Shown here: one piece after another, positions 13,273 through 28,584 of the stretch | Layout of the letters: each line of letters opens with the position of its first letter | Position numbering within the stretch: the first letter of the stretch is position 1 | Source: Eledone cirrhosa | Lineage: Eukaryota | Assembly (NCBI GenBank): GCA_964016885.1 | Contig: OZ024743.1 | Location: 227,478,001 to 227,542,000 of the forward strand | Length of the DNA stretch: 64,000 bases | Reading direction: 5' to 3' | The notes under the pieces: generated by a model | Seen by the model: the letters and a program-made list of their open reading frames with translations, nothing else | The model's database searches: none | What the model was told of the DNA's origin: nothing | Program-made: the position numbers and the translations under genes

Positions 13273-16200
13273 TGCATTTATCTTGCTTTATGTTTATACG
13301 AGTTATCACCAAGTCACAACCAGTGACCTCAAGAGACAACAAGGTCCGCCATGTTCAAGAAAGAACACACATATTCACACATGCATCCTTAGTGTTTAGA
13401 CTTGTGATGTACTTATATTGACAGGATCTTCCTTAGTATATGGGCAGTTCCCATTAGTACTATCTTTTGTATTTCTCCTATACGCGGGTTTCCTGGGATT
13501 TGCGATAAGTAGTCGTTAGACCCCTTAGGTATCATTCCCAGAGCGCCTACAACCACTGGTATTGTTTTAGTTCTCAATTTCCACATTTTTCCAATTTCTA
13601 TCTCCAGGTCCTTATACTTGCTCAATTTTTCAAATGTTTTTATAGATACATTCTTGTCTATTGGAACAGACATATCAATTAGCAGGCATACCCTCCTTTG
13701 AAAGTCCTTCAATATTATATCAGGTCTATTTGCATCTATTTTTCGGTCTGTTTGGATGCTAAAGTTCCACAAGATTGAGATGTGATCTTTTTCAAGTATG
13801 GGAGGTGGTTGATGCTCCCACCAATTCTTTTGATGGGGCAGGTCAAAATGCTTACACATTATCCAATGTATGTATTGTGCAGCTCTGTCATGCCTGTTTA
13901 GGTATTCGGTTGGAGCTATAGGACTGCACATTGAAATTATATGGTCAATGGTCTCTGGTTGTTTTTTGCATACACGGCATAGTGGGCTGCACCCATTTTT
14001 TATTATGTTGGCTTGGTAATTTTTTGTTGGCAGACACTGATCTTGTGCGGATATAATCAGTCCTTCAGTCTCCGATTTCAGTCCAGAGGATGCCAACCAC
14101 TGATGGGTTAAAGTTTTGTCAACATCAGGATTGTTAGCTCGCTCTGGGTATTTTCCATACAGAGGCTTTTCTTGCCATTTCTTAGCCAGTTTCTGTAGCA
14201 GTTCTTTCTTTGCAGTTACTTTTACCTGCTTTGCTTTTTCTGTGTTTTCCATTTCAGCAGTAAATGGGACTTCTGAAATTTGTAGTCCATTACTGTATCT
14301 TTGTGCATCTTTTGTAATGGAATATGATCTTTTGGTGCTTTCGTGTTTCAAAACGAGTTTGATCATCCAATCATGTGATTCCCTTAGATATGTGGATAAT
14401 CCAATTGTTGCAGTTTTCAACGCAATGTCTAACTGGATTAACCCACGTCCTCCTTCTTTCCTAGGGAGATATATTCTATCTATGTCTGCCTTAGGGTGAT
14501 GCATTCTGTGCATGGTTAAGAATTTTCGGATTTTTGTATCGAGCCTACGGATCTCTGTGCTTGACCAGTTGATGACATTGTAACTGTAGGTTACTACTGG
14601 TATGGCAAGCGTGTTTATGGCATCGATCCTATTCCTTGCATTCAATTCCGTTCTTAAGATTGCTCTGACTCTGCGGTAACATTCCTTCCTTATCCTTTCC
14701 CTCATTGTCGAGTGCTTGATTCCGTCTCCTTCACAAACACCTAGATATTTGTAAGTTTGTTCTTGATCAAGCTCTCTTATCACGTTCCCCCGATCAAGAT
14801 TAATGTCTGAACTCTTCAGCAGCTTTCCTCTGGTGAACGTTGCTTTGGCGCATTTATCCAGTCCAAACTCCATTTTAATGTCATCACTGAACTGCTTCAC
14901 AGTGGATAATAGCCCTTGCAATTGTTCATCATTTTTTGCAAATAGTTTCAGGTCATCCATGTAGAACAGGTGATTAATGGTTTTGTCATAGACTCTATAT
15001 CCATGTTTTGTTTCATTGAGCATTTTACTTAATGGTATAAGTGCGATGCAGAATAAAAGCGGTGATAAAGAGTCACCCTGAAAAATTCCACAATTAATGT
15101 TAACTTCTCCAGCTTCCAGTGATTTTGTTTCACTATTCAAAAGGAGTGTCGTTCTCCATGTCCTCATACTGAATGACAAAAACCTCCTGACAACGGGGGA
15201 TATTTTGAAAATCTCTAAACATTTTTCAATCCAACTGTGTGGCAAACTATCAAATGCTTTTTTATAATCTATCCAAGCAATCGATAGATTTTTGTGTCTA
15301 TTATGACAATCTTCCAGTATCATTTTGTTAACCAGAAGCTGATCCTTACAGCCATATGAGCCTCGTTTACACCCTTTCTGCTCAATGGGAAATAGGTCAT
15401 TTGTTATCAGGTGGTCATATGTGTATTCAGTTAGGACTGATGTTAAAATTTTATACATTGTGGTCAAGCAGGTTATCGGTCTGTAATTTTTGGGATTGTT
15501 TGTCTCATCATTCTTCGGTAGCAGGAATGTAATGCCGTTAACTAGCCATGATGGTATCTTTTCTGGCTCCTTAACTATTTCATTGTAAAGTTGGGCTAAC
15601 AGCTCATGAGACTCTGTGAAGGCATTTATCCAAAAGTTTTGTATTTTGTCTTTTCCTGGGGATTTCCATTTGCTGGTTTTTCTTAGAGCCAAGCGCAGCT
15701 GTTCAACTGTTATATTTTCCCATGTTTGTTCTTCAAGGTGAGCTGTTTCTTTCATTTGTCTGTCTATCCATGGGGCATGTATGTTATGAACTTTTTCTTC
15801 GGCCCAGATCTTTTCCCAGAATTCTTGCACTTCCTCCTTGGGTGGTATTGATTTAGCAGTTATTGTTGACTTACCAATTTTTCTGTAGAAGTTTCTTTGG
15901 TTGTTTTTGAACATATTATTGTCCTTATAGAATCTAGATCGTTTTTCAAAGCGCCTTATACGAGCAGCTTTGGCCGACACTTTTTGCTTGATTGTTTCTA
16001 TCAGCATGTCTATGTCACATGTTGATCTTATACTGTACTTTTTTTTTAATTTTCTAAGTTTAGTTTGTTTAACATGTTCACCTACTTTATAGTTTGTTAA
16101 AATTTCTATGTCAGATCGGAGAAGGTTTATTTGGCGATTGATGTTATCTTGCCAAGTAGATTTCTTGTGGGAATTCCTTTGTTTTTTCATCTTCACTCCA

Positions 16201-17230
16201 CATAAGTGAGTGGTGACTTTAGCCGATGCATAATAGAGATGATTTAAGTCAGTAATGTTTATTTTGTTTGTGATGATAATGTTTTTGAGAATTATGTTAG
16301 TCTTGTGTATTATCTTTTGGTTCTGTTTGGAGTTCTGGATCTTAGGGAGGGTGTCTCGTTCCCCCATGTCAGATTCTTTCATTTTCATCCATTCGATCAT
16401 AATTTCATCCTTCAAGTTGGCAAGTTCATTCTCATTCATTTCTTTATCATTTACGATCTCATTATTTTCATTTGGAGTTTCATCCTGAGCATGCACTCCC
16501 TCCACTTTTTCGCTCCTTTCTTTAATTTGTTCTGTTGCCAGTGATTCCGCCCCAACTCTGGGATTCGAAGTGTTACAGTTTACCTCGTTTTCACTGACAC
16601 ATGCTTCATTTTCCCTTCGCTGACTTTGTGCTACTAGCTTGATCTGATCAATTTCTATATCAGTTAGTAACTTTTTTCTTACAATATTTCTTCGTATATT
16701 GGCTAGTTTGTTACTGTCAATATAGCCTCTGTTTTCGGGGTGTTTCTTTTTCCAGTTGATATATGTTTGCTCTGTATTCGATGTATTTGATGGGTAGTAC
16801 ATGGCAGTGTAGAAAGCCTCAAGGACTTCTTTATTATTTTCCCTTGACCATTTTTCTCTCTTTTTCTTTGGATTTCTTGGTGGTGAGCATGGAGGGCCAA
16901 CAGTAGGAGTATTCCGGTTATGGGAGGTCTCCAGCTCCGAAGTGATGGGAAGGTTTGAACCATTAGCTGATTTTTCGACCCCAGTCTGGTTCCTCTCTGA
17001 GGGACGCGGCCCTTTTTTACCCGGGTGACGGCCGATCCGGTATGAGATTTCATCATTAGACATCTACCTTATTTTGTCGCGTTTTATCCTTAACCGCCAA
17101 GGGGTAATCTTTTCGTGTTACCACTTCTAGAACGAGTGTCAACCAAGACTAGAGGGGTCGTTCTCCCGTAGAGACATGGCTATTCCCCGCCGGCCGCCAT
17201 CCCGGTATTTCTTGGTCACGGGGTTTTCTT
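13271..17230 (-). mobile_element. R4/Dong family B element, apparently full length
   Basis: The 3' UTR ends in (TAA)n at 13233-13270, and a GC-rich 5' leader lies at 17065-17225. Confidence 0.88.
13413..17063 (-). CDS. Intact R4/Dong-clade retrotransposon ORF (RT, CCHC zinc knuckle, restriction-like endonuclease), 1216 aa
   Basis: Uninterrupted ORF with NYRPITCL, IDYKKAFDS, GIFQGDSLSPLLF, FYMDDLKLF, CRVC..ETIDHIISMC, RHD and RPDIILKD..LIDMSVP. Confidence 0.93.
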   Translation of the reverse strand: MSNDEISYRIGRHPGKKGPRPSERNQTGVEKSANGSNLPITSELETSHNRNTPTVGPPCSPPRNPKKKREKWSRENNKEVLEAFYTAMYYPSNTSNTEQTYINWKKKHPENRGYIDSNKLANIRRNIVRKKLLTDIEIDQIKLVAQSQRRENEACVSENEVNCNTSNPRVGAESLATEQIKERSEKVEGVHAQDETPNENNEIVNDKEMNENELANLKDEIMIEWMKMKESDMGERDTLPKIQNSKQNQKIIHKTNIILKNIIITNKINITDLNHLYYASAKVTTHLCGVKMKKQRNSHKKSTWQDNINRQINLLRSDIEILTNYKVGEHVKQTKLRKLKKKYSIRSTCDIDMLIETIKQKVSAKAARIRRFEKRSRFYKDNNMFKNNQRNFYRKIGKSTITAKSIPPKEEVQEFWEKIWAEEKVHNIHAPWIDRQMKETAHLEEQTWENITVEQLRLALRKTSKWKSPGKDKIQNFWINAFTESHELLAQLYNEIVKEPEKIPSWLVNGITFLLPKNDETNNPKNYRPITCLTTMYKILTSVLTEYTYDHLITNDLFPIEQKGCKRGSYGCKDQLLVNKMILEDCHNRHKNLSIAWIDYKKAFDSLPHSWIEKCLEIFKISPVVRRFLSFSMRTWRTTLLLNSETKSLEAGEVNINCGIFQGDSLSPLLFCIALIPLSKMLNETKHGYRVYDKTINHLFYMDDLKLFAKNDEQLQGLLSTVKQFSDDIKMEFGLDKCAKATFTRGKLLKSSDINLDRGNVIRELDQEQTYKYLGVCEGDGIKHSTMRERIRKECYRRVRAILRTELNARNRIDAINTLAIPVVTYSYNVINWSSTEIRRLDTKIRKFLTMHRMHHPKADIDRIYLPRKEGGRGLIQLDIALKTATIGLSTYLRESHDWMIKLVLKHESTKRSYSITKDAQRYSNGLQISEVPFTAEMENTEKAKQVKVTAKKELLQKLAKKWQEKPLYGKYPERANNPDVDKTLTHQWLASSGLKSETEGLIISAQDQCLPTKNYQANIIKNGCSPLCRVCKKQPETIDHIISMCSPIAPTEYLNRHDRAAQYIHWIMCKHFDLPHQKNWWEHQPPPILEKDHISILWNFSIQTDRKIDANRPDIILKDFQRRVCLLIDMSVPIDKNVSIKTFEKLSKYKDLEIEIGKMWKLRTKTIPVVVGALGMIPKGSNDYLSQIPGNPRIGEIQKIVLMGTAHILRKILSI

Positions 17231-17479
17231 TTTGTTGTTTTTTTTTAAATTGTTATTATCATGAGTGGTACCTTAATGTGAGCATTGCGTGGCTTAAGAA
17301 TGAAATTATTAATAATTGTCTCCACTCCAGGGACAAGGCCAGCAATCACCCAGTGCATTACAATAATATAATATACTTTTTGTTGTAGTTGGCTGTTATT
17401 GCTGCTGGCTATGTCGGTGGTGGTGCCGGGGCTTTTTATATTGTTGGTGAGGAAGGGGTGAGCCAGCAGTCCCATAATT

Positions 17480-18160
17480 GTTGATGTAGACGTTTGTCCG
17501 TGGCAAGGTCACCAAGTCAATCTATTTATATCTTTTGCTAGCCTCTCTCTTGTCTAGTGCTACCACCACCTTCCCTTTTCTCTCTCAAGTTAACAGGGGA
17601 ATAGTGTCAGTAGCATTGAATGAGTGGTGGCGGCGATGATGGATGTGGTGGGGAGGTGGCAGCGGTGGTGTTGTGGTTACTGATATAGTATCTATGAGTT
17701 TGTGTTCGTATGTTTAATATATATTTTCATTATATTTTGTGTTGACATATTCCCGTAAAATTTGAATTAAACATTTTTTTAAATTTGAGACAATAATAAT
17801 AGTAATTATTATTATGATGCCGGTGAAGTTGCCGTTATATTTAGTGTGATGGGATAGGTAGTGTATCAAGTTTCTGGTGTTGGTGAAATTGAAATTGCCG
17901 CTGTTCTATATAGTGTAGACAGAGGGTGTTTTGTTCCATTTATAACCATTTTCTTTTTTTGAATACAAAATATATAATACAAAATTGAATATTTGAGCGA
18001 TACAACAATATAATATGGATCCGAAACTTTATGGGACCTCATTCGGTGCCTTTATGCAACATTTGTGCTAAGAATTGTTCTTTCACAATTGATTTAAATA
18101 TGTTAAAAATCAAAAAACTTACGGGAGCAATTTCGTGACGTTCAACCACCTCGTGCGTCT
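17480..18160 (-). repeat. Second copy of block X, upstream of Dong B
   Basis: It is homologous to 7350-8535. Confidence 0.75.
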
Positions 18161-18193
18161 TCTTCCCTTATTCTGCGTCTTCTTCCCTTATTC

Positions 18194-18247
<54 letters not shown>

Positions 18248-18249
18248 TT

Positions 18250-19080
18250 ATTATTACTCTTTGAGTCTCAGTCATTGATGATAGTTAACTGGAAAGTTTG
18301 TTGAAATGAATATCAAGCCACTACCTGCAGCCTCAGATATTCAGGACGTATCGGAGGGTTCTTGCTGTTCCCAGCAAGCATGCCTTTTGAAGCGTTCCAA
18401 AAAGCGTGAAGGGGTAAATTTTCTTTAACCATCCCTGGAAACTTTTTGACATAGTCCCTAGTGCGCCTATCACAATCGGGATCAGTTTGACTTCATGGCA
18501 GTTCCAGATCCTTTTTACCTCCCACTTTAAGTCCTGGTATCGGTTAATTTTCTCCCTCTCCTCTTGCACTCTCGTATCGAATGGGCAGGCCACATCCACA
18601 ATCAGGCACGATCTTTTTTCTTTGTCCAAAACCACCAGGTCAGGTCTATTGTGTTCCAGTTTCTTGTCCGTCTGTATCCTAAAATCCCACAGCACCTTCA
18701 CCTGATCATTTTCTATCACCGCCTCTGGCTTATGCTCATACCACTTCTCAGAATGTGGTAAATTGTTTACTTTGCATAGGTGCCAGTGGATCACCCTGCC
18801 CATCACATCATGTCTCCAGCCCTTATAGTGAGTCTGGGCTAGGTGTTTACACTCGGATACAATGTGAGCCACAGCGTCCTCTCTCTCTCCACAGATCCTG
18901 CACAGTGGGCTAGCCTCCTCCTTGTAAATGTGGTGTTTCAACCACTTCGTTTTGAGGGCCTGCTCCTGCGCTGCCATTAACATTCCTTCTGTAGCCTTTT
19001 TAAGGTCTCCTCTTTTCAACCAGTTCCATGTCTGTGGATCTCTAAATTCAGTTTTCTCAAAGAAGGTACTATGAAGGGAT
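18250..19080 (-). mobile_element. 5'-truncated Dong family A copy inside (TAA)n
   Basis: It is near-identical to 3515-4350. (TTA)n flanks both sides (18193-18245 and 19081-19203). Confidence 0.92.
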
Positions 19081-19103
19081 TATTATTATTATCATTATTA
19101 TTA

Positions 19104-19204
<101 letters not shown>

Positions 19205-19551
19205 TTACTCTAATATTTATACTGCTACTACAGCTGCTGCTTTAGCTACTGAGAATCTCTAATCACCACAGTGTAGTGAGAAAGAGTGAGAACATTAATA
19301 TAATTTACTGTCTAACCTATGAACGACCACTAGATTACTATTAAGAGATTCATTGGTCTTAAACACGACTGCTGCAGCTGGTGGTGTTGTTGATGATGAT
19401 AATGCTGCTGCGGTAGCTACTGCCCTTGCTGCTGCTCCGCAAGATTACATTTGCTACTCAATATACTTTGGTATATAATTCTGCTGTTCTCTCGACTAAT
19501 ATAATAAACTTTGGTGCGAGAATCTCATCAAGTCACCAGCGTCGTCTTGCG

Positions 19552-20240
<689 letters not shown>

Positions 20241-20560
20241 CTTCTCCTCTTCAACAGAGGTAAAAAAAAAAAAATCCATCCACAACCCAAACGCAATCTC
20301 CACTACCTGCGCCACTACTAATATATCTACAGTCAATATAACAACAAGACCAACAACAATAACAAAGGAGAATTAGAAGAACAAACTTAATTCCCTTGTT
20401 ACATCGTCCAGTGACGAGTAATCATATTCATCAAATAGTAAAATACGTTTGGGAATTTAGCAATGACTCATCATAAAAAGATTTTCTTAAGCCGTGTTTC
20501 ACAATTCCTTACAAGAAAATTGTAGATGTACGTCATATGTGTATAATGTATATTACATAG

Positions 20561-20624
<64 letters not shown>

Positions 20625-20626
20625 CT

Positions 20627-20680
<54 letters not shown>

Positions 20681-20789
20681 CTTTGTGTGTGCGTGTTTTC
20701 ACATACGAAGATAGATAAATCTATATTTCTCTCTCTCACTTTATATTATATACATATATAGGTATATATATATACAATACTGATAATTT

Positions 20790-21520
20790 TAAACAAATAT
20801 TGGGGTTTATGTATGGCCTGTGTTGTCCAGTCCATACATAATCACTTGGTAAAATCATCTCAGTAATATATAATATTTACATTATAATTTGCGGTATCAT
20901 AGCTCATTCAAGTTAAGACCTGTACTTTGTCGAAACATATTTATATTCAGGTGGTTTGCCTTGCATTTCTTAGAGATACGCGTTCAGATACATTTAACAT
21001 TTTGTTGTCTTTCTCTTTCTATATTTGTCTCCGGATAATATCAAATAGAGCCAATATTTTTTTAATAATTAGATGGTTAGGTTTAGATTCAATAATTTAT
21101 ACCAATTTATATTTCTGCTTCTCTATGGTTAATAAATCCTCTTGCTAGTATAATAGCTTTTTTCTTGAAGACACTTCTTGTTAGTGTTTTGTAATGGGGT
21201 GTACACCTGTCAAAGATATTTCTGGTGGACGATAAGCAAAGGATTCTTCTGCTAATTCCGTTCACAAGATTCTTAACTATAGCTACGATGGTAGATTTCA
21301 TAAGCATATACACTGCTTCCTCATCAGACTTCCTATATGGGTAGTGCTTGGCAGCTTTGAGGTGAAGTAACATACCATAAGAATGGCTATGCTATGACCA
21401 ATTTAAAGAAATATCAAATAAACATCTTTAAATGATCGGTTTAAACTTCAACGTTTAATAACTTGAACGAAGTCGACTTCCTGGAGATCACTCTACACTT
21501 CAATACTAATGAACTCTATT
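20790..21520. mobile_element. Old Penelope-like RT remnant with an internal inversion
   Basis: Minus ORF 21107-21373 (YPYRK..IVKNLVNGISRRILCLSSTRNIFD) resembles the RT thumb at 45420-45600. Plus-strand ~21460-21515 reads NLNEVDFLEITLHFNT, similar to NLTNANFLDINLDLLT. Confidence 0.6.
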
Positions 21521-21529
21521 CCTTCATTC

Positions 21530-22207
21530 AAACAGTCAATAAATCATTGTCAATCAGACAGCCAGCCAAACAAGCCTTCTGTTTGTCAGTCATTCATTGT
21601 CATTCAGTTAGCCAGCCAATCAGTCTCTCACACATTTAGTCAGTCAGCCAGTCAGTCAGAGAATCTTTCTGTCAGTCAGGCAGTTAATCCGACAACCAAA
21701 CATAATATTCAATCAGTCTGTCACACATAGTAGTCAATCATTTAGTCAATAATTCAGACAGCCTGTCAGCATGTCAGCACTGCGGGCAGTCACACAGACA
21801 TTCATTCAGTCCCACAGTCAGTTAGTCACACAATCTGTCAGTCAATCAGTTACACAGGTAGTGAGGCAACAGGCAGTGTGATACATAGGTAGTCAGTCAA
21901 TTAGCTAAGCAGCCAGATAGTCAGATAGTAACTCAGTCTCTCAGCCAGTTAGAACATCACACAACCAGTCAATCAGTCAAACACTCAGTCAGATAGACAG
22001 TCAGAGACAGTTAGTCACACAGACAAAGTCAGTCAGTGACAAAGTCATGTCACATACACAGTAAGTCGGACAAATTGTCATGTCATACACACAGTCAATC
22101 AGACAGTCAGTCGCACACGCAGTCATTCACACTGCCAGACAGTCAACCAGTTAGACAGACAGTCAGCCCGTTAGACAGACAGTCAGCCAGTTAGACAGAC
22201 AGTCAGT
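21530..22207. repeat. Degenerate (CAGT/CAGA)n tetranucleotide satellite
   Basis: Seen directly in the sequence. Confidence 0.85.
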
Positions 22208-22434
22208 ATAACTGTTGTACATGATAAAGACTGCATCAAAATGGTATAAGTAAATGAGGCATGAACAAAGGAAGCAAAGTGAGACAAAGCACATGAGGAG
22301 TAGATGGGGTGGTAGTATTGATTGATGTAGTTGATAGTATTAATGGTGCTGGTGATTAGTTGTGGTGGCAGTTACTGGAGAAGGGGGTACTAAGTGTACG
22401 AAGAGAAGAGAAGCTGTGTTAAAATAGAATAAGG

Positions 22435-24700
<2,266 letters not shown>

Positions 24701-25017
24701 AGAAACTATAGAGTGAATGATAAATTGTTAGATGACGTGACAATAGATAATACAGACCGATAGATAGAGGGTAACTGGTGAATTGTTGGAGATTGCAATA
24801 ACTATTATGTTGGACCACCATCATTTCCGACGCGGTGTACTCCAGTTCTTCGAACGGATCAAGCTCAGACACTCATTAGTGTCTGAGCATTCAACACATA
24901 CGTATACCCTTGAAGGAGTTCTTACATAGATTCAGCGTGACACTGAATAAAAAGACTAAACCTTTGACATATATATGCAATTCATTTTTTTCCAGCGGGG
25001 AAGACTGGAATTTAAAA

Positions 25018-25195
25018 TATAATTGTTTCTACTTTTGGCACAAGGCCAGCAAATACCCAGTGCATTACTGGTACTTTATTTTATCGACCCCGTAAGGATG
25101 AAAGGCAAAGTTAACCTCGGCGGGATTTGAACTCAGAATGGCAAGGGTCGTAACTCTATGCGTCAAAGCATGACGTCCGATACTGCCAATCCACC
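25018..25195 (-). mobile_element. tRNA-derived SINE (main family)
   Basis: Reverse complement of the 9036-9255 consensus. Confidence 0.85.
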
Positions 25196-25364
25196 ATATC
25201 CTATTTGAAATATAATGTCTTGCTAAAAACTACGACGCGCACTCGAGGAGAAAACTCACGACCTTACGATCGTGAACCAAACAATTAAGCCATACGCCTT
25301 CATCATTGCCTAAATTGCTACCTTCTTCTTCCAGCTTATGTACAATAAAAGTCCACATGAAGAA

Positions 25365-25625
25365 AACTGGTTATGTAGTTAGCGTGTTCGATTTCCGATG
25401 GTACGCTTCGTCCTTAAGCAAAATTCTTTATTTCACATTGCTCCAGTTTACTCAGCTGGCGAACATGAGTGGCAGATGTGAAACAAAGGCTACCTTTGTA
25501 ACAGAATATCAAGCTGAATCTGGCTGACAATTACATTAAAAGAGCATCTATCTATGGCTGCTCAGCCTGTTCCATTATTTGATCATCTGGAACACTCATT
25601 GTCGGAAACGCCGGAACCACTGGAG
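25365..25625 (+). mobile_element. Second SINE family, degenerate
   Basis: It has a gttcgatt B-box. Its core gtccttaagcaaaattctttatttcacattgctcc is shared with 52635-52720. Confidence 0.55.
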
Positions 25626-26191
25626 ATTTAAGACAGACATATAAGATGTAGTATTTAGTTTTAGGGTTTGCCCTATAGACTGCTGTTATATAGACTGCTG
25701 TAATGAAACAGTGGCGGCGGCTGACTATCAGAAATTTTAGAGCGTCTAACAAAATTACCTGGCGGTAGCTGTCCCTGCTCTTTCTTTTGTGAGTTAAGAT
25801 TACTATCCATCTGAAATGAAATAGAGTATCAGTCAAGTTCGTGGTAGATGTTCGATTCTTCCCTTTATGTTTTTCGTTTTCGTCCCTATTTAATAATCTC
25901 AGTATGGGCTAGAAGAGTTTTGAGAGGAGCGACAAAAAACTGATGTGACTTTTATTGCCACAAGTGACGCTGAACAAGTATTTGTGTCTCTGGCATTTTA
26001 AGAATGACTGAGCTCAAGTCGGAACAACAGCGAGTTTCTTCCATTAAAAGAATGAGAGATAGGGAAAAAACTAGCCCCAGTACTGGACTGAATTTTTTAT
26101 TTATCGACTTCGAAAGGATGAAAGTTATGGTTGAGTTTGGGTGGATTTGAACTGAGACGGCAGTGAACCAGAACAAACGCCGAGATGTTTT

Positions 26192-26239
<48 letters not shown>

Positions 26240-26242
<3 letters not shown>

Positions 26243-26556
26243 AAGTAATTCCGTCGGAAAAGTCCAGGAAAAAAGAGTGCTCTATGTAAGCAACAGAGCT
26301 TAATTATTATTATGTAATAAACAACATAAGGCAATTATTCCATTTACCAGTGGTTTCTTAAAAGCAAAAGGTTTTGCTTTCAATCCTCAGAATGAAAAAA
26401 TCCTGGTTTGTTTATTGAATTTGGATCTTAAAAAACAAAAACAAAAAAAGCAAGCTATATGAAAGTGAGGCTGGAGAAGGAAGAAGGAAAGGAAAAATAA
26501 AATAAGACTACACATACAACCACACATACACGAAAAAACATAAAAGCACACACACA

Positions 26557-26602
<46 letters not shown>

Positions 26603-26742
26603 TACACACACACGTTATTCCGGGTTGAATCGGAGGCAGCCACAGTAAGCAAGGCACTCAGTACACCGCAGAGCATGAAAATACTGAGTGCCTTGCTTAC
26701 TGTGGCTGCCTCCGATTCAACCCGGAATAACGTGTGTGTGTA

Positions 26743-26792
<50 letters not shown>

Positions 26793-27040
26793 TTTATGTT
26801 TTTTCGTGTATGTGCGGTTGTATGTGTAGTCTTATTTTATTTTTCCTTTCCTTCTTCCTTCTCCAGCCTCACTTTCATATAGCTTGCTTTTTTTGTTTTT
26901 GTTTTTTAAGATCCAAATTCAATAAACAAACCAGGATTTTTACATTCTGAGGATTGAAAGCAAAACATTTTGCTTTTAAGAAACCACTGGTAAATGGAAT
27001 AATTGCCTTATGTTGATTATTACATAATAATATATATATA
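26240..27040 (-). mobile_element. Fold-back Penelope-like 3'-end element, same terminal family as 43381-45977
   Basis: Arms ~26305-26663 and ~26680-27035 are inverted. The single-copy tail 26240-26304 is the reverse complement of 45912-45977. Confidence 0.85.
26338..26397 (-). ncRNA. Type I hammerhead ribozyme (mirror copy on + at 26943-26999)
   Basis: catt-CUGAGGA-ttgaaagcaaaa/ttttgcttttaa-GAAA-cc act gg-UA-aatg. Confidence 0.8.
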
Positions 27041-27144
27041 TTGTTATACTTTGGGAGGGTCATGTTGCCAATAAGAAACACACGCACCAGTTGCTTTTAC
27101 ACACGATTTCAGATAAAGAATCTTGCTAAACAAATTCAGAAACG

Positions 27145-27148
<4 letters not shown>
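27041..27148 (-). mobile_element. Short Penelope-like terminal fragment; related copies at 50402-50521, 57940-58030 and ~36000-36065
   Basis: The copies share ttgttatactttggg..gtcatgttgcc and acacgatttcagataaagaatcttgc, and each sits next to (TA)n. Confidence 0.6.
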
Positions 27149-27190
<42 letters not shown>

Positions 27191-27193
<3 letters not shown>

Positions 27194-27760
27194 TAAGTTA
27201 TTCCGGGTTGAATCGGAGGTAACCACAGTAAGTAAGGTACTCAATATATAGCAGTGTATAAAAGTTTTAATATAGATGAGATTCTACAGGACTAGAACTG
27301 TTTCATTCTTTAGAAATCATCAGGAATCTGGCTTTCCAAAAATAAATGTAGTGGTATTTATATCTTTTCAGGTGGTAGGAGAGGGTGGGGAGTGTGATGG
27401 GTGTAGGTCATTGGTTGAAAGAAAAGGGAATTCATTAAAAGCTAATTCTTTAAGTCTATAGTTTATATTTAGAGTGACAAAGGCAGAAAGGATTCGATAA
27501 ACAGGTTCAGAATGGGGTGCCACTCCTTATTTTTAAGTTTCTCTTAAGCTAACACTGCCTATATTTCAAGTGTCTATAAGGTGGCTGTGGGTCGGTCATG
27601 GTTGATGGATTTAAAGCAAAGGGAAATTCTTTAAAAGCTAATTCTTTAAAGCTCTACTTAGAGTGACAAAGGCCAAGAGAATTCTATAGACCAGATCAAA
27701 ATATTGGGTGTCTATCATTATTGTCATATTTCTCTTAAGCTATATTCCAGGTGTCAATAG
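27191..27760 (-). mobile_element. Penelope-like 3' end carrying a hammerhead
   Basis: The tail 27198-27245 is related to the centre of the 26240-27040 palindrome. A hammerhead lies at 27279-27329 and (TA)n flanks the element. Confidence 0.6.
27279..27329 (-). ncRNA. Type I hammerhead ribozyme
   Basis: agattc-CUGAUGA-t ttc taaa gaa t-GAAA-cag ttctagtc ctg-UA-gaatct. Confidence 0.8.
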
Positions 27761-27772
27761 ACACATTCACAT

Positions 27773-27883
<111 letters not shown>

Positions 27884-28584
27884 TATATACATATATATAT
27901 ACACATATATATACACACATATATATACATATATATATACACACATACATATACATATATATATACACACACATACATACATATATATATATATAAATAC
28001 AATATCGGAGAAAGCTTTTTAGCGATACTCCGGCCAAATTCCAACTCACTCAACAAACATTAGGAAATAAGTGATTATATTCCCAATTATGCGTTCGGGG
28101 TGCTAACTAAAAGTATTGAGTGGAAAATTGGCTGTATTATTTCATATGAGACATATCGAATATATCTCTTCCCAGACGGACGTCTCGTTTCATTATAGGA
28201 TTCCTACAATTTGGGTTAAATTATACCAATTTATGTAGGAGCTTGTATACCATCAATAGATATATATTCAATTGGGCTCCTATAATTCATCAGTGGGTCC
28301 CCCAATAATACTAATATTGATAATCTAACCAACATCAGTATTTAGCAATAATCATCATCAGTGCCTGAGGTATCTGTCAGGTTGCTCGTCCAGCAGTTCT
28401 AAAGAAATGCTCAAACTGATTCAAAAATGAGGAAGTAAATTACCGCCAAAAAAAAACAATACATGCGCATGACAATGAACTCTAAAAGGAATTCAGGCCA
28501 CGTGCTAGAACTCAATTGGAAATTGAAAAAATATCTATGTGTGTACAACATTTGATGACACACACAGATATTTTCTCGGGCAAA

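Noticed and set aside
24864-24889. Hairpin gctcagacact-catt-agtgtctgagc
   Set aside because: It is an isolated 11-bp stem with no (TA)n flanks, tail or second copy.
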